This document shows positions 16,764-23,477 of a stretch of DNA of 27,368 nt, piece after piece. Under the pieces are notes generated by a model. The model was not told the origin of the DNA, did not search any database, and saw nothing but the letters and a program-made list of their open reading frames with translations. Position 1 is the first letter of the stretch; each line of letters begins with the position of its first letter. The position numbers and the translations under genes are program-made. Location: IMG/VR virus record IMGVR_UViG_3300033067_000654, positions 1-27,368 of that record; one strand, 5' to 3'. Origin of the DNA: a virus. Lineage: Duplodnaviria > Caudoviricetes.

Positions 16764-16821
16764 TGGTGCTGATATCCAAACATAGCCGGGATACACCGGG
16801 GAGCATAACGCTCAGATCAGC
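16764..16821 (-). ncRNA. 58-nt tRNA-like mini-RNA ending in ACCA
   Basis: GCTGAT/ATCAGC acceptor-like stem plus ACCA, with internal GAGC/GCTC and CCGG/CCGG hairpins and no TTCRA T-loop. Confidence 0.45.
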
Positions 16822-16843
16822 AATACGTATCTCTACAAAAATC

Positions 16844-16917
16844 TGGAGCGGGTACCGAGAATCGAACTCGGGCTCTAACCTTGGCAAGGTCACAGGCTAC
16901 CATTACATCATACCCGC
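16844..16917 (-). tRNA. tRNA-Gly(GCC)
   Basis: GCGGGTA…ACC-TTGCCAA-GGT…GTTCGATTC…TACCCGCTCCA. Confidence 0.92.
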
Positions 16918-16964
16918 TTACATATACTATTTATTATACTCCGTATGTCAGGGAGTATTTTATT

Positions 16965-17041
16965 TGGTGCGGATGGAGAGACTCGAACTCTCAGCTTACG
17001 GCTTCTAAGACCGCTGCGTTTACCAATTTCGCCACACCCGC
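16965..17041 (-). tRNA. tRNA-Leu(TAG) with a short variable loop
   Basis: GCGGGTGTGGCGAAATTGGTAAACGC…GCGGT-CTTAGAA-GCCGT-AAGCT-GAGAGTTCGAGTCTCTC…ACCA; 77 nt. Confidence 0.9.
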
Positions 17042-17050
17042 GTGTGTTAA

Positions 17051-17112
17051 CAGGTTAATACTAGTTTAATGACCTAGCAGTCGCCATATGTATATATCGC
17101 TGTAATTAACCT
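17051..17112 (-). ncRNA. Possible structured RNA in the tRNA spacer
   Basis: 8-bp closing stem AGGTTAAT/ATTAACCT enclosing CAG…CTG and CTAG/CTAG hairpins. Confidence 0.3.
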
Positions 17113-17117
17113 AAATC

Positions 17118-17191
17118 TGGATGCGGGTACAAGATTCGAACTTGTGATGCTCCGAGCTTATGAGACTGGAGTGGTGGCCGCCCTACCCGCT
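17118..17191 (-). tRNA. tRNA-Met(CAT), initiator-like, with atypical D and anticodon arms
   Basis: AGCGGGT…CTCATAA loop…ACAAGTTCGAATCTTGT-ACCCGCATCCA; 1:72 mismatch. Confidence 0.75.
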
Positions 17192-17197
17192 GTATTC

Positions 17198-17383
17198 TTA
17201 TTTAACCTTTAGCAAATACTCCGTACCAATTTTACCTTGCTCGATTTCTGCAATAGCAGTCATCACTTCTTTAGTCTTAGTTGCAATTAGCGGACGATGC
17301 CCACGTTTCAACTCACGAACTCTAGCAGATGCTGCTAACACAATATCGTATCGGTTTGTTAGCGGTTCTTTTTTAAAAGCCAT
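17198..17383 (-). CDS. rpoZ: RNA polymerase omega subunit homolog
   Basis: NRYDIVLAASARVREL..G..PL…K….AI.EI..GKIG aligns with omega NRFDLVL.AA.RARQ…ALREIEEG; AAGGA SD. Confidence 0.85.
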   Translation of the reverse strand: MAFKKEPLTNRYDIVLAASARVRELKRGHRPLIATKTKEVMTAIAEIEQGKIGTEYLLKVK

Positions 17384-17396
17384 GTAAATCCTTGTT

Positions 17397-17471
17397 TGGT
17401 CCGGCGTAAAGGAATCGAACCTTTATTAATAGCTTAGAAGGCTACTGTTCTATCCATTGAACTAACGCCAG
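17397..17471 (-). tRNA. tRNA-Arg(TCT)
   Basis: CTGGCGTTAGTTCAATGGATAGAAC…TAGC-CTTCTAA-GCTA…GGTTCGATTCC…ACGCCGGACCA. Confidence 0.93.
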
Positions 17472-17491
17472 TTGTTTAAAAGTAAAACACT

Positions 17492-17520
17492 ATTGTAATT
17501 TATTTATTGTGTAGTGTCAA
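17492..17520 (-). promoter_or_regulatory. sigma70-type promoter of the tRNA/rpoZ operon, with a nested late-type AATAAATA box
   Basis: TTGACA-N17-TACAAT; AATAAATA at 17508-17501. Confidence 0.7.
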
Positions 17521-17537
17521 GTGATTTGTGAATTATT

Positions 17538-17759
17538 TTAGCAGTCTGGACGAATATCATATTCGTCCCTATACAAATCCACGATCTCATTTAATCTTTC
17601 AATTTCGTGTGCTGCTTCTTCAAGCAAGTCGGCAATTCTATCTCTAGCACCTTCTTCTACTGACTTACGTCCGGGAATCTGTCTACGTATTTCGGCCCTC
17701 TTTCGAAGTCTAAACACAAGACTCTGTTCTGCTACAGGCAAGTGGCTTTCGTCGATCAT
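17538..17759 (-). CDS. Hypothetical phage protein
   Basis: LVFRLRKRAEIRRQIPGRKSV…DRIADLLEEAA; ATGA overlap. Confidence 0.75.
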   Translation of the reverse strand: MIDESHLPVAEQSLVFRLRKRAEIRRQIPGRKSVEEGARDRIADLLEEAAHEIERLNEIVDLYRDEYDIRPDC

Positions 17760-17917
17760 ACTACATCCTGTTTTTTAATCTTATGGCACTTGTCACATTG
17801 GTAAGTGTAGCGAGTACCGTAAGGTATGGGATTATCGTTTTTAACTAAATTACTCAAACTGCGGGCCCGCCATTTATGCCAGCAACCGTCTCTTAAGAAT
17901 TCCCACAGTCTAATCAT
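17756..17917 (-). CDS. Small putative zinc-binding protein
   Basis: GCWHKW…CDKC; ATGA-coupled start at 17917. Confidence 0.7.
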   Translation of the reverse strand: MIRLWEFLRDGCWHKWRARSLSNLVKNDNPIPYGTRYTYQCDKCHKIKKQDVV

Positions 17918-18222
17918 GACCACAACCTCAAAGTTTTCATAATTGGCGGCCAATCATCTTTATTACGCGGGGCAAAAACAATGCCCACTTCGTCATTGTC
18001 GAGTCTGCTTTCGGTGATAACTTTACAATCACGAACTTTTTTCAACTCGGCAAATTCTTCGTCACTTACCATACAAGTAACTTTCTTGAAAGAATTATTG
18101 AGCCAATTATGTGTTTCGGGCAGGTGCTGAAACTCTAACCAGCCAATTAGCCCAGCGTGAGCTGCTGTGTTTAGGGCATGTCCAGTTGGGACCCAATCTT
18201 TAATAGCAATGTACATTTTCAT
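17914..18222 (-). CDS. Peptidyl-tRNA hydrolase, Pth2 family
   Basis: KMYI.I…..G…..AAHA…….WL…F.KV…V…E and C-terminal P…LRL pattern of Pth2. Confidence 0.75.
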   Translation of the reverse strand: MKMYIAIKDWVPTGHALNTAAHAGLIGWLEFQHLPETHNWLNNSFKKVTCMVSDEEFAELKKVRDCKVITESRLDNDEVGIVFAPRNKDDWPPIMKTLRLWS

Positions 18223-18425
18223 TATTCACCTCTAAGCACATCAAAAATTGTACCGTATTCGACTTCTTCCCAATCATCAATGTCAACATAACAGATAGTA
18301 GTACGACGGTATATTGTTTTAAGCCACACATAGCCACTGTGTATTTTAACAGGGCGCCATGCAAACCATTGTTCCCAGGGAAGTTTAATAACTTTCCGGT
18401 AGATGCGTGATCCGGGATCAAGCAT
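18222..18425 (-). CDS. Trp-rich hypothetical protein, related to 10700..11014
   Basis: WEQWFAWRPVKI..G.VWLKTIYRR…YGTIFDVL; AAGGA SD. Confidence 0.75.
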   Translation of the reverse strand: MLDPGSRIYRKVIKLPWEQWFAWRPVKIHSGYVWLKTIYRRTTICYVDIDDWEEVEYGTIFDVLRGE

Positions 18426-18429
18426 TTCC

Positions 18430-18531
18430 TTAGGCCGCCTCCATGTAGTTTCGGACCCATGCTAGGCGAGATTGCTCATCCATAGCTGTGTATTCGACAA
18501 TGTTAGCACGAATAGCATCCACTAGTGTCAT
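18430..18531 (-). pseudogene. 33-aa remnant ORF duplicating the C-terminus of the RNA ligase
   Basis: MTLVDAIRANIVEYTAMDEQSRLAWVRNYMEAA aligns without gaps to ligase LLSAIQENIEAYTAKTEQERLAWIREFLA. Confidence 0.7.
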
Positions 18532-18758
18532 AGTTCAACTCCAAAATGGTCTTTCATCAACAATCTAAAATTGCTCAAGGTTACCGCAGACTCACTCATA
18601 TCTCTATGAGAAATATTAGAATATCGCATCTGTTCTGCTAATGCTAAGTCCATGCACTCTTTGATAATTAACTCAGCGAATTCTTCAAACTCAATATCAA
18701 AATCCGGATCAATATAATATCCGGCCTGTTCAGCAAGTTGCCTCATTCTTTTACTCAT
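18528..18758 (-). CDS. Hypothetical protein (FAELI..EC family)
   Basis: MSKRMRQLAEQAG…EEFAELIIKEC…HFGVE; paralog of 20551 and 20799. Confidence 0.75.
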   Translation of the reverse strand: MSKRMRQLAEQAGYYIDPDFDIEFEEFAELIIKECMDLALAEQMRYSNISHRDMSESAVTLSNFRLLMKDHFGVEL

Positions 18759-18850
18759 GCTAATCTTCCCAAGATATTACCCAACCACATCATTCCTGCT
18801 CCGAGCATAATGGTGCCAACGATTAGTAGTTTGATTTCAGTTCGGTTCAT
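18755..18850 (-). CDS. 31-aa single-pass membrane peptide
   Basis: Not in the track. MNRTEIKLLIVGTIMLGAGMMWLGNILGRLA with GGAG SD and ATGA overlap. Confidence 0.6.
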   Translation of the reverse strand: MNRTEIKLLIVGTIMLGAGMMWLGNILGRLA

Positions 18851-18885
18851 AGTAACTCCATTTTATCAACAAATCTTTAGTTCGG

Positions 18886-18922
18886 TATAAATAAGTATAG
18901 CATAAACAATGTTTTATGTCAA
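18886..18922. promoter_or_regulatory. Abutting opposed promoters: late TATAAATA (+, 18886-18893) and sigma70 (-, 18922-18894)
   Basis: TATAAATA on the plus strand; TTGACA-N17-TATACT on the minus strand. Confidence 0.7.
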
Positions 18923-18929
18923 CAAAAAT

Positions 18930-18999
18930 GTCCTTCACGGTTCTCCCAAACCCAAGGACTCTAACAGTTTACAAGGAACTATCAGCATGAGTATTTATT
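18930..18999 (-). ncRNA. Structured element / putative antisense RNA over the GIY-YIG leader (copy A)
   Basis: Stems covary with the copy at 21248-21324; minus-strand AATAAATA at 18999-18992. Confidence 0.55.
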
Positions 19000-19658
19000 G
19001 CGTTTACCTAACCATCTACAAAGGAAATAAACTTCCGCCTTTCTATATTGGATCTAGTTCAGTAGAAAAAGTTAATAACGGATATCATGGATCCGTTTGT
19101 TCTAAACAATTCAAAGAAGTTTGGAAGCATGAGATAAAACACAATCCCGGATTGTTTTCTACTAAAATCATATCTACCCACAGTGATCGAAAAGAAGCAA
19201 CTCTTAAAGAAAGAGTGTTTCAGAAGAAAGTCAATGCAGTTAGAAATCCTTTATATATTAACCAATCGTTTGCTGCCTATGATAGTTTTACTGATAGGAA
19301 TCAACAAGGGAAGAATAATCCAATGTATGGCACTAGTCGCAAAGGCAAAGATAATCCATTCTACGGACAAAAACATTCCGAAGATGCATTAGCAAAAATG
19401 CGAGGAAGAAAATGCACCGAAGAAAACAAACAACTGTATAGTAAACTCAAAAAAGGCGTCACTGACTCCGACGAAACTAAAAAGAAAAAGAGTGACTCCA
19501 AAAAAGGAAAGTTGCCAAATAGTATCAACATACTAGGGACTATTCTCAAAGAGAAATTTCTTTGTAGACTAGACACTCGTAAAGAATACAGTTATGTTAA
19601 TTCTTGCCAGCAATTTCCTGATTTGAAATCTCTATTCTGGACTAAAAAGTCAGGCTAA
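18987..19658 (+). CDS. GIY-YIG (Seg-like) free-standing homing endonuclease with NUMOD3 motifs
   Basis: YCVY…FYIGS…Y.GS…E….N; NPMYG, NPFYGQKHSE and basic repeats; start MSIY at 18987 with AAGGA SD. Confidence 0.88.
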   Translation: MSIYCVYLTIYKGNKLPPFYIGSSSVEKVNNGYHGSVCSKQFKEVWKHEIKHNPGLFSTKIISTHSDRKEATLKERVFQKKVNAVRNPLYINQSFAAYDSFTDRNQQGKNNPMYGTSRKGKDNPFYGQKHSEDALAKMRGRKCTEENKQLYSKLKKGVTDSDETKKKKSDSKKGKLPNSINILGTILKEKFLCRLDTRKEYSYVNSCQQFPDLKSLFWTKKSG

Positions 19659-20549
19659 GAACTCTCGTATCCAAGCCAATCGTTCTTGTTCAGTTTTTGC
19701 AGTATAGGCTTCGATGTTTTCTTGAATTGCAGAAAGCAAAGGATAATATTCTTCGTCAATTTGTTCTTTGAATTCTTTAGACATCAACTTGTCTGTGCGT
19801 GGATTACGGGCCATCCACTTGTTAACCAGATAATGCGGAGATTTAATCTTGAACGCCACACCTTCTTCGGAGTATGCAACAAAGCCTTCGTGCTTCACAG
19901 TCTTGGTCAAGTTCTTCAACGCCCGTACAGTCAAGTGTTCACATTCAGGAACGTAGCAATTGAACATTTCGCCCAGTTGCTCTAACACAGCAGGATGATG
20001 GCCAACTTCTGACCTCCAAGTCTTTTCACGATAACCCAAGATATACATACCAGGCTTTTCAACCACGATATGAGGATCGTTAGGGTGTACGCACTCAAAC
20101 ATGAAAGTCATGTCGCGGCAGTCATCAGCCATCAATGCCATTTGCCAGTCTGCCCAAGGCATGTGCTTTAGCATCATCTCCTTAGCCATGTCAACAAAGT
20201 CACCTGATGTAGAACCAGTAGTGGACACTAGAACGTCACCTGCATGATACGAAACTGCCACCATGAAACCGTTAACCTTACGGAAAGCAGTTACGATAGT
20301 ATCAAGTTCAGAAAACACAGGTGCTTCTTTTTCAATACCATAGTTATAAATCTTTTGAAATGGGTAAGAGACAAGATTAAAATCGGCGTCAATTACCGAA
20401 CCGCGGCAATGCTCCAGATATTCATCCCAAAGATTGTCGTAAAAAACTTTTTTACGATACTTGAGAACAAAGATTCCATCTCCGGCGGGCTTCATCGAAA
20501 CCAACTTAGGATTCTCTGCTACATATTGCTTCAATTTTTCTTGGAACAT
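19650..20549 (-). CDS. RNA ligase, T4 Rnl1-like
   Basis: CRG…YPFQKIYN, motif I KVNG, FEC, EGFV and KIKS nucleotidyltransferase motifs; start MFQE at 20549 with GGAG SD. Confidence 0.88.
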   Translation of the reverse strand: MFQEKLKQYVAENPKLVSMKPAGDGIFVLKYRKKVFYDNLWDEYLEHCRGSVIDADFNLVSYPFQKIYNYGIEKEAPVFSELDTIVTAFRKVNGFMVAVSYHAGDVLVSTTGSTSGDFVDMAKEMMLKHMPWADWQMALMADDCRDMTFMFECVHPNDPHIVVEKPGMYILGYREKTWRSEVGHHPAVLEQLGEMFNCYVPECEHLTVRALKNLTKTVKHEGFVAYSEEGVAFKIKSPHYLVNKWMARNPRTDKLMSKEFKEQIDEEYYPLLSAIQENIEAYTAKTEQERLAWIREFLA

Positions 20550-20550
20550 T

Positions 20551-20802
20551 TTAAACTCCGTTGCGCCAAACAGCAACACCTTCTTCTTCACCGAAGCCCA
20601 TAGCCTCAGCAACATAGTCACCGACATACTCGCAATCGGCGTCTTGTGCCATATCAGCATAGTCAGCACACATCCGAACAATCAACTCGGCGAACTTTTC
20701 AGCAAAGGCACGAGTCTGATATGGTGCAGGTAGTCCTTGATCCTGAACAATTTTGAATTGTTCGCTGGCTACTAGGTAAAGTTCTTGTAATCGTTTGTTC
20801 AT
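20551..20802 (-). CDS. Hypothetical protein (FAELI..C family)
   Basis: MNKRLQEL…EKFAELIVRMC. Confidence 0.75.
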   Translation of the reverse strand: MNKRLQELYLVASEQFKIVQDQGLPAPYQTRAFAEKFAELIVRMCADYADMAQDADCEYVGDYVAEAMGFGEEEGVAVWRNGV

Positions 20803-21005
20803 ATTGAATCCTTATTAGCATCTGTCCACCCATCGTCCAATCCTTTGCGGTATGCGTCAACACGAACCCTTGCAATCAAATTTTCCAATTTTTCGGGTGG
20901 GTCAAATGTGATATATGCTTCTTTGTTGAGCGCACCGTCACTTTCTATGCGTTGCCAAAACTCGCCGCCAGCCTGTTTAACGAGCTCCTTCATTTGTTCG
21001 TTCAT
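20799..21005 (-). CDS. Hypothetical protein (same family, divergent)
   Basis: MNEQMKELVKQAG…EKLENLI; AAGGAG SD. Confidence 0.72.
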   Translation of the reverse strand: MNEQMKELVKQAGGEFWQRIESDGALNKEAYITFDPPEKLENLIARVRVDAYRKGLDDGWTDANKDSI

Positions 21006-21006
21006 A

Positions 21007-21168
21007 TCAAACTCCTTTCACGGTACGGTAGCTGATATTAGCAAGTGCCCATCCCAACTCACTGATATCCAAGAGACGCATTGCTTCCGCTTTAGCTTGC
21101 TCCCATGTGACGGCTTCAAACTCAACGGTCTCACTGAAGCTGGACACTGTCCATACAAATGTTATCAT
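21007..21168 (-). CDS. Small hypothetical protein (53 aa)
   Basis: Not in the track. MITFVWTVSSFSETVEFEAVTWEQAKAEAMRLL… with AAGGAG SD directly behind a consensus promoter. Confidence 0.7.
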   Translation of the reverse strand: MITFVWTVSSFSETVEFEAVTWEQAKAEAMRLLDISELGWALANISYRTVKGV

Positions 21169-21197
21169 CGTGTGCTCCTTAGTGATTCAATACAAGT

Positions 21198-21226
21198 ATT
21201 ATAGCACCAAACCCATTTAATGTCAA
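21198..21226 (-). promoter_or_regulatory. Consensus sigma70 promoter
   Basis: TTGACA-N17-TATAAT with an extended TG. Confidence 0.85.
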
Positions 21227-21234
21227 CCAAACGG

Positions 21235-21242
21235 CATAAATA
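21235..21242 (+). promoter_or_regulatory. Late-type promoter CATAAATA for the HNH gene
   Basis: One mismatch to the T4 late consensus TATAAATA. Confidence 0.55.
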
Positions 21243-21247
21243 GAAGT

Positions 21248-21324
21248 GAGGGTCACGATGCGTCAACATCTACCCTCTCTAATGCTAAAGTATTACATAA
21301 GGAGCACCAGCAATGATATTTATT
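21248..21324 (-). ncRNA. Structured element / putative antisense RNA over the HNH leader (copy B)
   Basis: Stems covary with the copy at 18930-18999; minus-strand AATAAATA at 21324-21317. Confidence 0.55.
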
Positions 21325-22092
21325 GCCAACAAATATAGTCGTGTCTATTTCAAAATAATAGACAGAGCAAAATCTAGATCCATCACTGGATACAAAGAAA
21401 CTCACCACATTACACCCCGAAGTTTGGGCGGATCTAATTCCCTTGATAATCTAGTAGACTTAACAGCGAAAGAACATTATATTGTTCATCTATTGTTACC
21501 GCATATAGTTACTGAAAGTATCCACAAAAAGAAAATGTGGGGTGCTTTAAGATGTATGTCTAAACTGATTTCTAGCACTCATAAACGCTATATTGGTTCT
21601 GCTAGATTCTACGAGAAAGCCAAACAAAATACTGATTTTGGTTTAGGTAATCGCGGAAGAAAACAATCACCAGAAGAGATTGAAAAACGAGCTTCCAAAC
21701 TTCGTGGCAAAGTTTGCGCTGATGAAACTAAGCGTAAAATCGGATTAGCAAACTCCGGACCTAGTGGACAAACACCATGGAACAAAGGTAAATCTGGATA
21801 CAAGATTCACAAAGAAGAAACCAAATTAAGACTAAGCCAAGAACGAAAGGGTGTCCCGAAATCCGAAGAGACTAAAGCCAATATGAAGATCGCCCAATCA
21901 CTTAGGACTAAAGATTCTTATGCTCAACCAGGATGGAAACATTCTGAAGATACTGTAGAAAAAATAAGAGAATATGCCAGGAACCGTCCTCGTTTAACTT
22001 GTCCGCATTGCAAACTAGAGGGTGCAGTTCCTGGCATGAAACGATATCACTTTGACAATTGCAAACTCTTTTCAGAGTCTTCCAAAAGTTGA
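21313..22092 (+). CDS. HNH homing endonuclease with NUMOD3 repeats and a C-terminal zinc finger
   Basis: ETHHITPRSLGGSN…NLV.LTAKEHYIVH; repeated (H/S)..ETK motifs; CPHC…HFDNC. Confidence 0.9.
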   Translation: MIFIANKYSRVYFKIIDRAKSRSITGYKETHHITPRSLGGSNSLDNLVDLTAKEHYIVHLLLPHIVTESIHKKKMWGALRCMSKLISSTHKRYIGSARFYEKAKQNTDFGLGNRGRKQSPEEIEKRASKLRGKVCADETKRKIGLANSGPSGQTPWNKGKSGYKIHKEETKLRLSQERKGVPKSEETKANMKIAQSLRTKDSYAQPGWKHSEDTVEKIREYARNRPRLTCPHCKLEGAVPGMKRYHFDNCKLFSESSKS

Positions 22093-22610
22093 TACGCTCT
22101 TGTCCTCAAAGTTGTATCCGCTTTTGTCATCACTTCCAATAACAAACGCTTTTCCACCAAGTAGGTCTTGGCAAAATTAGCATCGTGCTTTACGATACTC
22201 TGAGTATTACTGATTAAATCACAAATTTTTATGTTTTGTGCCTCGGCGGGCGCCCGTGCAGTATGCTCACGGTCTACAGCCTTGCGATGGGCACGATTGC
22301 CATCATGCGGTTGACTAACATCAGTCAACCATCCAACCAAGGTCGCAATGTCGATACCAAAGTTCAAGTGAATGTCAGTGAACGTGCAACCAGTGTCTTC
22401 CACAACATCATGCAACCAAGCAGCCGCAACCATGTCTGGTGTGCTACCTGGAACACCTGCTACGATGCTGGCAACTTCTGCAGGGTGAACGATGTAGGGC
22501 TCACCGGTATACTTACGCTTTTGTCCAACAGCCGCATGAGCCGCGATAGCGAACACTTGTGCCTTGTGTACAATATTCATGTCGCCCAATTCCATTGTAA
22601 AGTTTTCCAT
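22047..22610 (-). CDS. HD-domain (p)ppGpp hydrolase-like protein (SpoT/Mesh1-type small alarmone hydrolase)
   Basis: AH..Q.RK.TGEPYI.HP..VA…AA.LHDVVEDT…K..D…N. Confidence 0.85.
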   Translation of the reverse strand: MENFTMELGDMNIVHKAQVFAIAAHAAVGQKRKYTGEPYIVHPAEVASIVAGVPGSTPDMVAAAWLHDVVEDTGCTFTDIHLNFGIDIATLVGWLTDVSQPHDGNRAHRKAVDREHTARAPAEAQNIKICDLISNTQSIVKHDANFAKTYLVEKRLLLEVMTKADTTLRTRAYQLLEDSEKSLQLSK

Positions 22611-22632
22611 GCTATGTTCCTTGTTACGGTTT

Positions 22633-22661
22633 ATTATAGCAGCACTTTACTAAAATGTCAA
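22633..22661 (-). promoter_or_regulatory. Consensus sigma70 promoter
   Basis: TTGACA-N17-TATAAT with an extended TG. Confidence 0.85.
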
Positions 22662-22885
22662 TTGGTGTTGGGATATTTTTCTACTATAACGACTTCTAAA
22701 ACTTTATGCTTTCGTAATCGCATGAATGTCCTAAATTTTGCTTCGATCATCATAGGACTGTACCCGTCAGTATAAGGCACTATAGCTACATCTTCGTAAG
22801 GTTCGTCGTTCTCATCGGTAGCTATAAAGGTTAGTTTTACCTTGCCCGATTCGGGACGGTTGAATAGATTTTTAATCCAGGACAT
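22658..22885 (-). CDS. Hypothetical protein
   Basis: 75-aa ORF in operon context. Confidence 0.7.
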   Translation of the reverse strand: MSWIKNLFNRPESGKVKLTFIATDENDEPYEDVAIVPYTDGYSPMMIEAKFRTFMRLRKHKVLEVVIVEKYPNTN

Positions 22886-22893
22886 ACGTGTAT

Positions 22894-23442
22894 TTACACA
22901 TGATGTCCTTTAATCTTACCTGTCATAGCATCGGATATGGCACGTTCCATTTCGACTACAATATAGCCAGTTGCATCCATGCCCATATCACGAGCACGGA
23001 AATCTTCTAAGCCACTGACACCGCCGTGTAGGTGTCCATGAAAATGCAGTGCGCCGCGATGCATCTGATCCCACTCTGCTATGGGATAATGTAACATAAC
23101 GCATTTGTGGCCAGCATAGTTAATGTCCAGATAGTGATGCACTTCTTCGAAGCAACTACGGAATCCAGGATCAGTTAACAACTTGCGGTCATGATTTCCT
23201 TGTATTAGAATCTTACGTCCGTTACAACGGCGCATGTATTCTGTGGCCTTCTGGGCCGGTAAAAATGCAACATCGCCTAAAATATAAACAAGGTCTTCGG
23301 GCTGGACAATACTGTTCCACTCCGCAACCATTTGTTCGTTCATATAGTTCACGTCATTGCGAAACCGCGCACGTGACTGAGGACAGAACTTCATAATGTT
23401 CGTGTGCCCAAAATGTAAATCTGATGTAATAAATGTTCTCAT
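22894..23442 (-). CDS. Calcineurin-like metallophosphoesterase
   Basis: DLH, GD, GNHD, H and HGHLH motifs; start MRTF at 23442 with AGGA SD. Confidence 0.9.
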   Translation of the reverse strand: MRTFITSDLHFGHTNIMKFCPQSRARFRNDVNYMNEQMVAEWNSIVQPEDLVYILGDVAFLPAQKATEYMRRCNGRKILIQGNHDRKLLTDPGFRSCFEEVHHYLDINYAGHKCVMLHYPIAEWDQMHRGALHFHGHLHGGVSGLEDFRARDMGMDATGYIVVEMERAISDAMTGKIKGHHV

Positions 23443-23477
23443 ATTAGTTCCTATTGTAACACCAGATGATATTTTAG

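Noticed and set aside
16937-16959. ATACTCC/GGAGTAT hairpin between tRNA-Gly and tRNA-Leu as a terminator
   Set aside because: It has a 9-nt loop and no U-tract on the transcribed minus strand, so its function cannot be supported.
16663-17387. ORFs overlapping the tRNA cluster (16663..16893, 16766..17008, 16881..17069, 17160..17387)
   Set aside because: Incidental frames over tRNA genes; only rpoZ has a protein signature.
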